DNA of 64,000 nucleotides from Coriobacteriia bacterium. Lineage in GTDB: Bacteria; Actinomycetota; Coriobacteriia; Coriobacteriales; UMGS124. The stretch covers positions 19,617 to 83,616 of the forward strand of contig JAGZEG010000004.1 of the NCBI GenBank assembly GCA_018368455.1. The letters are read 5' to 3'. Position numbers and translations under genes: made by a program. This document shows positions 47,377 to 56,017 of the stretch, one piece after another (within the stretch, counting starts at the first letter, position 1; each line of letters starts with the position of its first letter). Under the pieces are notes generated by a model, which saw nothing but the letters and a program-made list of their open reading frames with translations, was not told where the DNA came from and ran no database searches.

Positions 47377-48363
47377 CTACTTGCCAGCCTCCTTGGCGTC
47401 CGACGCAGCCGAGCTGTCCTTCTGGGCGCTCACGTCGACGAGGACGCCGTCATCGGAGACGGAGTAGTACGTGTCGCCCTTGCCGACGATGATGTCGGCG
47501 CCCTCCTTGAGGAAGTCAGCGTTCTCGGCGAACACGTCGCCGCCGAGCCACTTCTTGCCCAGCTCGCCGAGGCTGCCGTCAGACTTTGCCTCCCTGAGCG
47601 CCGTCGTGAGGTCGGCCGCCAGACCCTCCATGCCGGGGCGCAGCATGAAGAAGTCTAGGCCGTACGTGACGGTCTCCGTCAGTGCGAGGTCGGTGCCGGC
47701 TCCCTGCTGAATGGAGTCAAAGCTCGAGACGAGCGTGTAGCAGGCATCGGCCTGACCGTTGGCGACGGCGCGGAACCAGCTCGCCACATCACCGACGTTC
47801 TCGGCTTCGACGAGCTCGATGGCCTCGTCGGGATGCTCGTCGTTGTACTTCACGAGGGCCTGGTAGTAGGCGTTCGTCGGGTTGACGAGCAGCTTCTTGC
47901 CAGCCAGGCCATGGACGTCCGTGATGCCGGAGTCCTTGCGCACCGCCGCTGCCATGGGCCCGATGCAGTAGGGCTCCTCGGGGAAGATGAACTTCTCGAG
48001 GCGCTCGGGCGTGCGGGCGATGGCGCACGACACGAGGTCGCATGCGCCCGACTGCAGCGAGGCGACCATGCTCTGGAACTGCATGCCGTCGAACTGGAAC
48101 TGGTACTTTCCGCCGAGCTTCTGTTCGCAGAGCTTCAGGACATCGATGTCATAGCCCTGCAGCTCGTTGTCCTCGTTGACGAAGCAGTACGGCTTCGTCT
48201 GGTTCGAGGTGATGATCTTTACGACCTGCGGGTTGTCGGCGGCAAAGGCACGGCACGTCAGAGGGGCAGCCGTGCTGGCGATCGCGAGGCCGGCGGCCAG
48301 GCAGAAGAAGCTGCGGCGGGAGATGCCACGCGTGCTGGACGCGGTGGAGTGGGCGCTGTTCAT
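47377..48363 (-). CDS. Amino-acid ABC transporter substrate-binding protein (family 3) with Tat-like signal and C-terminal extension
   Basis: 'SRRSFFCLAAGLAIASTAAPLTCRAFA', then an SBP_bac_3-like body ('KPYCFVNEDNELQGYDIDVLK...'). It is a paralog of 51134..52198, including the shared tail 'GADIIVGKGDTYYSVSDDGVLVDVS'. Confidence 0.85.
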   Translation of the reverse strand: MNSAHSTASSTRGISRRSFFCLAAGLAIASTAAPLTCRAFAADNPQVVKIITSNQTKPYCFVNEDNELQGYDIDVLKLCEQKLGGKYQFQFDGMQFQSMVASLQSGACDLVSCAIARTPERLEKFIFPEEPYCIGPMAAAVRKDSGITDVHGLAGKKLLVNPTNAYYQALVKYNDEHPDEAIELVEAENVGDVASWFRAVANGQADACYTLVSSFDSIQQGAGTDLALTETVTYGLDFFMLRPGMEGLAADLTTALREAKSDGSLGELGKKWLGGDVFAENADFLKEGADIIVGKGDTYYSVSDDGVLVDVSAQKDSSAASDAKEAGK

Positions 48364-48434
48364 GGGATGTTCTTCTTTCTGTGATGAGGCGAGGAGCTGG
48401 ATTTTTGTGGCTCCTTCACCGCGCGAGATGGGGG

Positions 48435-48662
48435 TTACTGAATGCCTGCGACAGACGTGGGCTCGGGATCTGCCTGCTGAGTGTCGGCGGGGATGGGACG
48501 GCGGGGCGTCGGGCGATTGGTCGTCTCGCGTTCGGGGCGCAGGGCGACGAGGCCGCCAACTAGGCTGATGCCGGCAATGCCCAGGGCGATGCCGACGAGG
48601 TCGTTACGCGACGCTGCGCCGAAGCGGGCAGGGCCGTGCGAAGAGGGGGTGTTCACACTCAC
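48435..48662 (-). CDS. Possible small membrane protein (75 aa) between leader 2 and the binding-protein gene
   Basis: A GTG-initiated ORF with one hydrophobic helix ('LVGIALGIAGISLVGGLVAL'). No recognisable RBS or family, so it could be non-coding. Confidence 0.25.
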   Translation of the reverse strand: MSVNTPSSHGPARFGAASRNDLVGIALGIAGISLVGGLVALRPERETTNRPTPRRPIPADTQQADPEPTSVAGIQ

Positions 48663-48818
48663 GATGTGACCTGCGTTTCTCGAAGACGCGCAACAAGGCG
48701 CATGCCGATGCGGGCTGCCCAGACCGGGCGGGTGTTTCGCTCACTCAGGGCGAGGCGCCGCGAGCCGGATGGGGCGACACCGTCGCGGGCCGAGAGCGGT
48801 CGGCCTGTTTTTGCGCAT

Positions 48819-49040
48819 AAAAAAAGCCCTTGCCGCGCCCTCTGTTGGCGCCGCCCGGGACCTCTTCTGTGCTGGCTGCTCTTCCGTTGTACCCGCGTCC
48901 CTGCACACGGCAGGTCGTCTCTCTACATGACGATCGTCCCTGCCCCTTGCTCCATGGCATCATGTGAACACCCCCTCTCTCCGTAACGTGGGCGCATCGC
49001 TGATCTGCGTACTGCGCGCGATGCCCCTTCTCCATCTGCT
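48819..49040 (-). ncRNA. Structured 5' leader with intrinsic terminator (candidate riboswitch/attenuator), copy 2
   Basis: RNA sense: ...GGAGAGAGGGGGUGUUCACAUG...UCAUGUAG-AGAG-ACGACCUGCCGUGUGCAGGG-A-CGCGGGU...CAGAAGAG...CCCGGGCGGCGCC-AACAGA-GGGCGCGGCAAGGGC-UUUUUUU. The terminator stem is at approx 48826-48862 and the U-run at 48819-48825. Confidence 0.5.
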
Positions 49041-49047
49041 ATCGCGC

Positions 49048-49077
49048 ATCTTGCGACAGGCGTGGAGGCGCCGTCAA
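49048..49077 (-). promoter_or_regulatory. Sigma70-like promoter for leader 2 / amino-acid ABC-lyase-reductase operon
   Basis: Minus-strand TTGACG (49072-49077), 18 nt, CAAGAT (49048-49053). Confidence 0.35.
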
Positions 49078-49219
49078 GTCGTCTTTGGGCGCGGGAAAAC
49101 GAAATCCTCCCCAATCGCACGGATTGCTCACGCGAGGTTTTTCTGTCCGCCTGGCTCGATATTGCGTCCATACGCTGCGCGTTTGCGTTTGGTTTGCGTG
49201 CGCTGTGGGGTGTTGGCGT

Positions 49220-50776
49220 ATGCTGGATCGTGACGTACAGGTGAAGGATGGCATGTCGTCGGGCCTTGCTGGCCGACGGCGCGGGGGTGGGATTGACATG
49301 GGCGCGCAGCGCTCCGCTGACAGCAAGATGCCCGGGACGATGGTGCACGACTCCTCGTACGACTCGATGCCGCACTCGCTCACGAATGCTGAGATCGAGG
49401 CGCTCGAGCATGAGCTCTCCACGCGCACGATCGACTCGCGCCACGACTCCCACCTCCATCGCAGCGCCGACCTGCGCAGCCTCAAGCTCCGCTGGGAGAG
49501 CGTCATCGAGGACCGGGACGTGCTGGCAAAGGACGCGAGCATTTCCACGAAGTCCTCCATCGTCATGCGCGTCGGCCGGCTCGTGCTGTCAAGCGGTGCG
49601 AGCGGCTATCGCGTCGAGAAGGTCATGGGGCACGTGGCGGCTCTGCTCGGGACTTCCTGTCAGGCTGAGGTGGGCCTCGTGTCCATTGACCTGACGATCA
49701 CGGACGGCCACGCCGCGTTTACCGAGGTCGCCTCCCTTCCGGCGACGGGCGTCAACACGGAGCGCATGCAGATCCTCGAGCGCGTCGTCGACGAGCTCGA
49801 GGAGGGGTTGGGCGAGTTGACGGTCAGCGACGTGCATCGTCTGCTCGACACGATCGAGAAGCATCCCGGCCGCTACAGCCCGTGGCAGCAGGGTCTCGCG
49901 GCGGGCCTCGCGTGCTGCGCGTTCGTCTTTCTGCTCGGCGGTGGGCTCATCGAGATGTTCGGCGCCCTCGTCGGCGCAGGCATCGGCAACTTCGTGCGCT
50001 GCCTCATGCTCAAGCGCCGCATCAACCAGTTCGGTTCCGCCGCGCTCTCCGTTGCTGTTGCGGGTCTGTGCTACGCCGCGACGCTCGCCCTGCTGTCGCT
50101 GGTCATCCCCAACGCCATGCACCACGCGGCGGGCTATATCGGCGCGATGCTCTTCGTCATTCCGGGCTTCCCGCTCATCACGAGCGGCCTGGATATCGCG
50201 AAGTTCCGCTTTGCCTCGGGCCTCCAGCGGCTGGCGTATGCGCTCACTATCGTCATCGGCGCCACGATCGTGGGGTGGATGATTGCCAAGCTCGTGGCAC
50301 TGCAGCCCGATGAGTTTGCGCCACTCGGGCTCGATCCGGGCGTGGAGTGCCTGCTACGCGTCGTGGCGAGCTTTGTCGGCGTGTTCGGCTTCTCCGTCAT
50401 GTTCAACAGCCCGCCGCGCATGTGTCTGGCCGCCGCGCTCATCGGGGCAGTCTCCAACACGGCACGTCTCGAGCTCATCGATTTCGCGGGTATGCCGCCT
50501 GAGGCCGCCGCGTTGCTGGGCGCCCTCATCTCGGGCTTGCTCGCGTCCGTTATCGGCCTTCGCTTCACCTTGCCGCGCATCAGCCTGACCGTGCCGTCCA
50601 TCGTCATCATGGTGCCGGGCCTCTACCTGTACCGCGCGATGTACTACCTGGGCGACCTTAGCGCGATGGCGGCGCTGAGCTGGGGCATGGAGGCGTTCAT
50701 CATCATACTGTGCCTGCCGATCGGTCTGGCGATCGCGCGCATGCTCACCGACAAGAACTGGCGCTACGACCGATAG
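49220..50776 (+). CDS. Threonine/serine exporter family protein (ThrE; fused YjjP-like DUF1212 plus YjjB-like DUF3815)
   Basis: 'IVMRVGRLVLSSGASGYRVEKVMGHVAALLG' is typical of ThrE/DUF1212, followed by approx 10 TM helices. The start is uncertain (track 49085; ATGs at 49220 and 49253). Confidence 0.8.
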   Translation: MLDRDVQVKDGMSSGLAGRRRGGGIDMGAQRSADSKMPGTMVHDSSYDSMPHSLTNAEIEALEHELSTRTIDSRHDSHLHRSADLRSLKLRWESVIEDRDVLAKDASISTKSSIVMRVGRLVLSSGASGYRVEKVMGHVAALLGTSCQAEVGLVSIDLTITDGHAAFTEVASLPATGVNTERMQILERVVDELEEGLGELTVSDVHRLLDTIEKHPGRYSPWQQGLAAGLACCAFVFLLGGGLIEMFGALVGAGIGNFVRCLMLKRRINQFGSAALSVAVAGLCYAATLALLSLVIPNAMHHAAGYIGAMLFVIPGFPLITSGLDIAKFRFASGLQRLAYALTIVIGATIVGWMIAKLVALQPDEFAPLGLDPGVECLLRVVASFVGVFGFSVMFNSPPRMCLAAALIGAVSNTARLELIDFAGMPPEAAALLGALISGLLASVIGLRFTLPRISLTVPSIVIMVPGLYLYRAMYYLGDLSAMAALSWGMEAFIIILCLPIGLAIARMLTDKNWRYDR

Positions 50777-51035
50777 GGGCGGCCGGGCCTGCTGGGCGAC
50801 ACGCTGGCTTTGCTCGGGGAGCCTCGCTTCGTGGGCAGAAATCGAGTTCGTGAATGGGCCGTCTGGAAGCCGAGGCTCGCTCGCTGCATGCGACCTGCGG
50901 TTTTGCTGGCTGCATGGCGCGCCGTGGTCTCTTCGGTTGCGAGGCGGCATGCATCAGCTCTGTTTCTGTCCGTGGAACGGCGGATCCGATGCGAAAGTGC
51001 TCGCGCTGCGGCGACGAGGGACCTTCCGCGCGCCC

Positions 51036-51080
51036 AAAAAAGCCCGGGGGCGATGGACTTCCCATCCGTCGCCCCCGGGC
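51036..51080 (-). terminator. Intrinsic terminator downstream of the minus-strand binding-protein gene
   Basis: Plus strand: AAAAAA-GCCCGGGGGCGATGGA-cttc-CCATCCGTCGCCCCCGGGC. On the minus strand this is a strong hairpin followed by a U-run. Confidence 0.6.
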
Positions 51081-51133
51081 GCTGCGAGATCTTGTGGCGG
51101 ACGCCTCGCTGGTCGGGAGGGGCGTCCGCAGAC

Positions 51134-52198
51134 TTAGTCGCGAGAGGCATCCTTTGTCGAACTTGCAGAGTTCGCCTTTGCGTCCTTGGACGAGCTCGCG
51201 GAGCCTACCTTTGCGTCGGCGTCCGAGCTCGCCGCGCTCAGCACGCCGTCCTCGACGACGGAGTACACGGACGACCCACCGTCGATCATGATGTCGGCAC
51301 CGATGGGGAAGTCCGGATAGGCGGCGAATACGTCTTCGCCGAACCACTGCTGCGCCACCTTGCCGAGCGAGCCGTCCTCGCGGGCGGTCGCTAGGGCGGC
51401 TGACACGTCGGCGCACAGCTCCTCGTCGCCGACGCGCATCAGGTAGTACAGCGCGTTGATCATGACAGGGCCCACGGCCACGAGGTCAGTGCCGGCGCCC
51501 TTCTGAGCGTCGTCGAAGCCGCCCTTGAAGATGAGGATGCCGTCGCACTGGCCGTTCTCGACAGCGCGGAACAGGTCGGCGTCGCTGACGATGGGATCCT
51601 GGCTGTTGACGGTGATCTGCGCGTCGGGATGGTCGGCGTTGTACTTGAGGATGGCCTGGTACTCGGCGAGCGTCGCGTTGCAGCGCAGCGTCTTGCCCGC
51701 CATGTCAGCCAGGCTCTCGATGCCCGAGTCCTTGCGCACGGCGAGGACCATGGGGGCGAGGCCGTAGGGCTGGTCGGGCACGAGGTACTTCTCGAGGCGC
51801 TCCTCGGTACGGGAGAGCGCGCAGCTCGCCATGTCGCTCGAGCCGGACTGCAGCGAGGCGATCATCGTATCGAACGGCATGCCCTCGAACGAGAACGCGT
51901 ACTTGCCGTCGAGCTTCTCCTCGACGAGCTTGAGGCTGTCGATGTCGTAGCCGGCCAGTTCGCCGTCTTCGTTGATGAAGCAGTAGGGGCGCGTCGAGTT
52001 GTTGCTGGAGATCTTGACGGCGCAGGCCTCTCCCTGCGCGGGGGCATCCGATCCGGCGTCGCTGGCTGCCGTGTCGGTGTCAGCTCCGCAGCCAGCGAGC
52101 ACGAGGCTCAGGGCACCGGCGCCGGCAACTGCGCCGCCTAGCCCGATGAATGATCGGCGTGAGATGCCCGCTGCGGGACGTATGTCGTGCTGTGCCAT
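51134..52198 (-). CDS. Orphan amino-acid-type substrate-binding lipoprotein (family 3), paralog of 47377..48363
   Basis: 'ISRRSFIGLGGAVAGAGALSLVLAGCG' (Tat plus lipobox). The body is collinear with the 47377 protein ('RPYCFINEDGELAGYDIDSLK', 'ASLQSGSSDMASCAL'). Low-complexity Ser/Ala/Lys/Asp tail. RBS 'gggagagg' fits the ATG at 52198. Confidence 0.8.
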   Translation of the reverse strand: MAQHDIRPAAGISRRSFIGLGGAVAGAGALSLVLAGCGADTDTAASDAGSDAPAQGEACAVKISSNNSTRPYCFINEDGELAGYDIDSLKLVEEKLDGKYAFSFEGMPFDTMIASLQSGSSDMASCALSRTEERLEKYLVPDQPYGLAPMVLAVRKDSGIESLADMAGKTLRCNATLAEYQAILKYNADHPDAQITVNSQDPIVSDADLFRAVENGQCDGILIFKGGFDDAQKGAGTDLVAVGPVMINALYYLMRVGDEELCADVSAALATAREDGSLGKVAQQWFGEDVFAAYPDFPIGADIMIDGGSSVYSVVEDGVLSAASSDADAKVGSASSSKDAKANSASSTKDASRD

Positions 52199-52512
52199 GG
52201 TTGGCATCCTCTCCCTGTGGAAGCGATCGCGCGTCCGCGGTCGGGCGCAGACGCGCATGTATATATGGGCAACCTTATTCCCCCAAGTGTTGCGGGTAAG
52301 AAAAGAAATCTCGCCTGCACCGTACCGCGACAATATTCCCAGTCCCCAGCCTGTTGGGGCGTTGGGTGCTCCCTCGCTGTGTTTCCTTTGTCGGATGTGG
52401 GGGCGTGAAGCCTATCGCGCCGGTGGGAGGGACGAAGGCGGGCATGATAGCCCGCACGCACGGCACAGGACGCAGACAAGGCCCGAGCGGCCGCCCCGAG
52501 GAGGTATCGCGC

Positions 52513-52923
52513 ATGAACCTGAGTGACATCCTGCAGGTGGAGTACGTCAAGATGGAGCCGAACGAGGGCCTGACGCGCACGAAGGTGAGCGACGTCATGC
52601 TGCAGCCCAACGGCATTCTGCACGGCGGCATCAGTGCGTGGCTCGCGGAGAACTGCGCCAACAAGGCCGCCATGACCGGCTATTCGCCCGACTATGCGCA
52701 CCCGGTTGGCCTGAACCTCGAGTCGACGCACATGCTGCCGGTCAACCTGGGCGACACGATCGAGACGCACGCTCACATGGTGCATGGCGGCGGCCGCACG
52801 CAGGTGTGGGCCATCGAGCAGAAGCGCCTGTCCGACGGCGCGACGTTCAACGTCTCCCAGTTGACGATCTACATCAAGTACCTGCACAAGAAGCCCGGGT
52901 CCCCGGTCAGCGCCGAGGCCTAG
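52513..52923 (+). CDS. PaaI/YbdB-type hotdog-fold thioesterase
   Basis: 'LQPNGILHGGISAWLAENCA' and 'HMVHGGGRTQVWAIE' are typical of PaaI-family thioesterases. RBS 'gaggaggt' lies upstream of ATG 52513. Confidence 0.75.
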   Translation: MNLSDILQVEYVKMEPNEGLTRTKVSDVMLQPNGILHGGISAWLAENCANKAAMTGYSPDYAHPVGLNLESTHMLPVNLGDTIETHAHMVHGGGRTQVWAIEQKRLSDGATFNVSQLTIYIKYLHKKPGSPVSAEA

Positions 52924-52945
52924 GAGCGGGCGGGCATCTCGGCAC

Positions 52946-53002
52946 GAAAAGGCGCCCCGGGCGACGGAGGAACAGCCGTTGCCCGGGGCGCCTGACGTTT
53001 TG
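52946..53002. terminator. Bidirectional intrinsic terminator between convergent genes
   Basis: gaaaa-GGCGCCCCGGGCGACGG-aggaacag-CCGTTGCCCGGGGCGCC-tgacgtttt. Confidence 0.6.
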
Positions 53003-53023
53003 TGCGACGAATGCGTCGGTCGC

Positions 53024-53995
53024 CTACTTTGACCCAGCGGGATCGTCGGTCGCCTTGAACAGCTCGCCAGCGGTCGTGGCCAGGCCGGCGAGGCCTTGCA
53101 GCTCCGAGGGGATGATGATCTTCGTTGCCTGGCCGTCGGCGACGCGCTGCATTGTCTCGAGGCTCTTGAGCGTGAGCACCGCGCTGTCGGCGCCTGCCTC
53201 GCGGATCATCTCGATGCCCTGGGCCGTGGCCTTCTGCACGCTGAGGATGGCCTCCGCCTCGCCCTGGGCCGCAAGGATTTGTGCCTGCTTCTCGGCTTCG
53301 GCTGCCAGGATCTTGGCCTGCTTCTCGGCCTCGGCGTGGAGCACTGTGGACTGCTTGTTGCCCTCGGCCTCGAGGATCTGCGACTGCTTCTCGCCTTCGG
53401 CCTGCAGGATGGCGGCGCGGCGCTCGCGCTCGGCCTTCATCTGCTTCTCCATGGCCTGTCGGATGCTCTGGGGCGGCGTGATGTCCTTGAGCTCGACGCG
53501 GTTCACCTTGATGCCCCAGGCGTCCGTCGCCTCGTCGAGCGCGATGCTCATGCGCGAGTTGATGCTCTCGCGCGACGTGAGCGTCTGGTCGAGCTCGAGG
53601 TCGCCGATGACGTTGCGCAGCGTCGTGGCCGTGAGGTTCTCGATGGCGGCCAGCGGGTTGTTGACGCCGTACGCGTAGCGCTTGGGATCGGTGACCTGGT
53701 AGAACACGACGGTGTCGATCTGCACGGTTACGTTGTCGCGCGTGATGACCGACTGCGGCTCGAAGTCGACGACGTTTTCCTTCAGGCTGACGCGCCGCAC
53801 GATGCGCTCGACGAACGGCAGCTTGAAGTGCAGGCCAGCCTTCCACGTGGCGCGGTAGCTGCCGAGGAACTCGATGATGAGCGCGTCAGTCTGCTGCACC
53901 ATCTTTATGCACGTGGACAGTAGCCACAACACGATGACGGCGGCCACGATGATGGCGATGACGCCGGCGAAGTTGATATCGAGCGACTCGAACAT
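53024..53995 (-). CDS. SPFH/Band-7 (stomatin/prohibitin-like) membrane protein
   Basis: N-terminal TM then 'ALIIEFLGSYRATWKAGLHFKLPFVERI...TRDNVTVQIDTVVFYQVTDPKRYAYGV', and a coiled-coil 'AEGEKQSQILEAEGNKQS...' region. Confidence 0.9.
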   Translation of the reverse strand: MFESLDINFAGVIAIIVAAVIVLWLLSTCIKMVQQTDALIIEFLGSYRATWKAGLHFKLPFVERIVRRVSLKENVVDFEPQSVITRDNVTVQIDTVVFYQVTDPKRYAYGVNNPLAAIENLTATTLRNVIGDLELDQTLTSRESINSRMSIALDEATDAWGIKVNRVELKDITPPQSIRQAMEKQMKAERERRAAILQAEGEKQSQILEAEGNKQSTVLHAEAEKQAKILAAEAEKQAQILAAQGEAEAILSVQKATAQGIEMIREAGADSAVLTLKSLETMQRVADGQATKIIIPSELQGLAGLATTAGELFKATDDPAGSK

Positions 53996-54041
53996 GAGCG
54001 TTCCCTTCTTGAAGGGGGTGAATGGGGCGTGCGTGCCAGAG

Positions 54042-54491
54042 CTAGGCGGCGCCTCCTCCCAGCGGCTCGACGACGAGCCGCGCTCCGTCGACGGAGACGA
54101 CGCGGGCCTGGGAGCCGCTGGAGAGCTCGCCCCCGTTGGCGCAGCGTGCGAGCCACGACGTGTCGCCGAGCAGCGCGCGTCCGTCGTGCGTTGCGGTGAT
54201 GCCTTGCGTGACGGTGACGACGCGCCCCACGTAGCCGTCGGCGTTCATCTGGGGCTCCCCCTTGGCGTTGACGCGCTTGCGCATGAAGGGACGCAGGGCG
54301 AGCAGCATGACGAACGAGGCGACGAGGAACACGATGACCTGCGTGAGCACGTTGTCGACGAAGAGGCTCACGACGAACGTGACTGCGGCGCCCAGGCAGA
54401 ACCAGATGCAGATGAGCAGCGGTGAGGCCGCCTCAACGAGGCCGGCCACGACGGCGACGCCGAGCCAGACGAACGGCAGAAACGATCCCAT
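54042..54491 (-). CDS. NfeD-family membrane protein (partner of the SPFH protein)
   Basis: 'MGSFLPFVWLGVAVVAGLVEAASP...' has three TM helices, then a C-terminal OB-like 'GRVVTVTQGI...GRALLGDTSWLARC...GSQARVVSVDGARLVVEP'. It lies 46 nt upstream of the SPFH gene. The track ORF (to 55292) is over-extended. Confidence 0.8.
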   Translation of the reverse strand: MGSFLPFVWLGVAVVAGLVEAASPLLICIWFCLGAAVTFVVSLFVDNVLTQVIVFLVASFVMLLALRPFMRKRVNAKGEPQMNADGYVGRVVTVTQGITATHDGRALLGDTSWLARCANGGELSSGSQARVVSVDGARLVVEPLGGGAA

Positions 54492-54710
54492 GAGCCGCCT
54501 CCTTGTGCGATGCGTGCGATATGCCCCAGTATACCCCCACGCGGGGATGTTCAGCGGTTGCGAAGGCAGGTCGAACCTCCCCGCATGGGCTCGTTGCCTG
54601 CACCTCGTCATGGGGGCGCGCCCCGCATGATGAGGCCTCATATCGACAGGCAGTGACGGCGCGACGTATGGTGGACCGGTCGGGGCGAGGCGGGAGAGCG
54701 GGGGCGTGAG

Positions 54711-55571
54711 GTGGCACTGCGATCGTCGAGGGCAATGCGGGCGCGCGGGGCGGCGGGTCGCCCCACGCTCGCGAGGGGCGCGATGCGCGTGCCGGTTCGC
54801 GTTCGTCGTGCGGTGCGCGAGCTGGGGGAGGGCTTCGAGGAGCTGCTGTGGCCCACGCGCTGTGCGGGCTGCGACGCTCCCGGCGTGCTGCTGTGCGACG
54901 CGTGCCGGGCACGCTTGCCCCTCGCTGACCAGGCGCATGCCTGTCCGCGCTGTGGGGCCCCGTTTGGGGCGCTGGTCTGCACGGAGTGCACGGACTGGCA
55001 TACCGGCGCCGATGACGAGGGCGTTTCCGACCCCAGCCCGGACGACGCCTCCGCCGCTGGGCTGCTGGCGAGTGCCCTGGACGGCGTGTGCTGCGCCGGG
55101 TCGCTTGCCTGGCCGCTCGACGCGCTCATCCGTGCGTACAAGGACGCGGGGGAGCGCCGCATTGCCCCGCTGCTTGCGGACGTGCTCTTCCAGGCGCTGG
55201 CGTTCACCCGAGCGTTTGACGTGCGCGATGCCACGTGCCTCGCGTTCGTCCCCGCGACGCCCGCCGCGTTCGCTCGCCGCGGCTTCGACCACATGGACGC
55301 CGTCGCCCGCCCCCTCGCCGGGCTGCTCGGCCTGCCCGTGCGCGACGTGCTGGCGCGCGGCGGGGGCGCCGACCAGCGTCGCCTGACGCGGGAGGGCCGC
55401 CGCGCCAACGCCCGGGGCGACGTTGTGGCGTGCGCGCGGCTCGACGGCGAGCGCGTCCTGCTCGTTGACGACGTGCTCACAACGGGCGCGACGCTGCTCG
55501 CCTGCGCCGGTGCCCTGCGCGCCGCGGGCGCTTGCCGGGTGTACGGGGCCTGCGTCGCCCGCGCGTGGTGA
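54711..55571 (+). CDS. comFC: ComF-family protein (ComFC-like phosphoribosyltransferase-domain protein)
   Basis: N-terminal zinc-ribbon Cys pairs 'CAGCDAPGVLLCDAC...CPRCGAPFGALVCTEC' and PRTase motif 'VLLVDDVLTTGATL'. The start is uncertain (54711 / 54783). Confidence 0.8.
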   Translation: MALRSSRAMRARGAAGRPTLARGAMRVPVRVRRAVRELGEGFEELLWPTRCAGCDAPGVLLCDACRARLPLADQAHACPRCGAPFGALVCTECTDWHTGADDEGVSDPSPDDASAAGLLASALDGVCCAGSLAWPLDALIRAYKDAGERRIAPLLADVLFQALAFTRAFDVRDATCLAFVPATPAAFARRGFDHMDAVARPLAGLLGLPVRDVLARGGGADQRRLTREGRRANARGDVVACARLDGERVLLVDDVLTTGATLLACAGALRAAGACRVYGACVARAW

Positions 55572-55679
55572 CGTCGCCCTCGGCCTCGTGGCCGGCGCGT
55601 GGTGTGACCCTGTGCGGGGTCCAAGTTGTCTCCCGTCTGCTACTATTACCAGGTTCCCCCGGGTCTGTGGTTGCGGGCG

Positions 55680-55930
55680 TCCCCATGGGGTCGCCCTAGT
55701 CCATGGCAGACGAGGCCAAAGGGATCCACGTAAGCGTCGGCGTGCGCGCGGGCGCGAGCATGGCTCGTCCTAGGGGTAAGTCGTGCCGCCCGTTGATAGG
55801 GACAAACCTGTCCCGCGGGCGAGAGGGCCAGTAGTGAGGGCCGCTGCGGCGGCGTGAGCGACCGTCCCAGCACGCGAGTGTGGGGCCAAATACCAGGTCA
55901 GCCGGGGGAACACCGTTCGTTTTGACAGGA
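55680..55930 (+). ncRNA. Structured intergenic RNA candidate in raiA-motif genomic context
   Basis: A 446-nt non-coding gap after comFC contains nested helices: GCCCTAG(55693)..CTAGGG(55770), GACGAGGCC..GGCTCGTC, hairpin GGGACAaaccTGTCCC, and GGCC..GGCC. The raiA motif is reported downstream of comFC and upstream of raiA/hpf in Actinobacteria and Firmicutes. I could not check the consensus from memory. Confidence 0.4.
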
Positions 55931-56017
55931 GGCCGCACGCAGCGGCCCGTATGTCGGCGCAAGCGACGCCCGTACCAGCCGAGCGCGCTCGCCGCGAGCC
56001 AGAAGAGAGCTGACGCC

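Noticed and set aside
54492-55292. The upstream 267 codons of track ORF 54042..55292 (416 aa) as part of the NfeD gene.
   Set aside because: This part is Arg/Ala/Pro-rich with no TM helices or motifs, and it lies antisense to the comFC gene. The NfeD-like sequence begins at 'MGSFLPFVWLG' (54491).
55880-55930. Possible SRP (4.5S) RNA, suggested by 'ACCAGGUCAG...CCGGGGGAA'.
   Set aside because: The conserved domain IV features are missing: the symmetric loop with AGCAGCC on the 3' strand and a GGAA tetraloop closed by a regular helix. The resemblance is limited to approx 10 nt.
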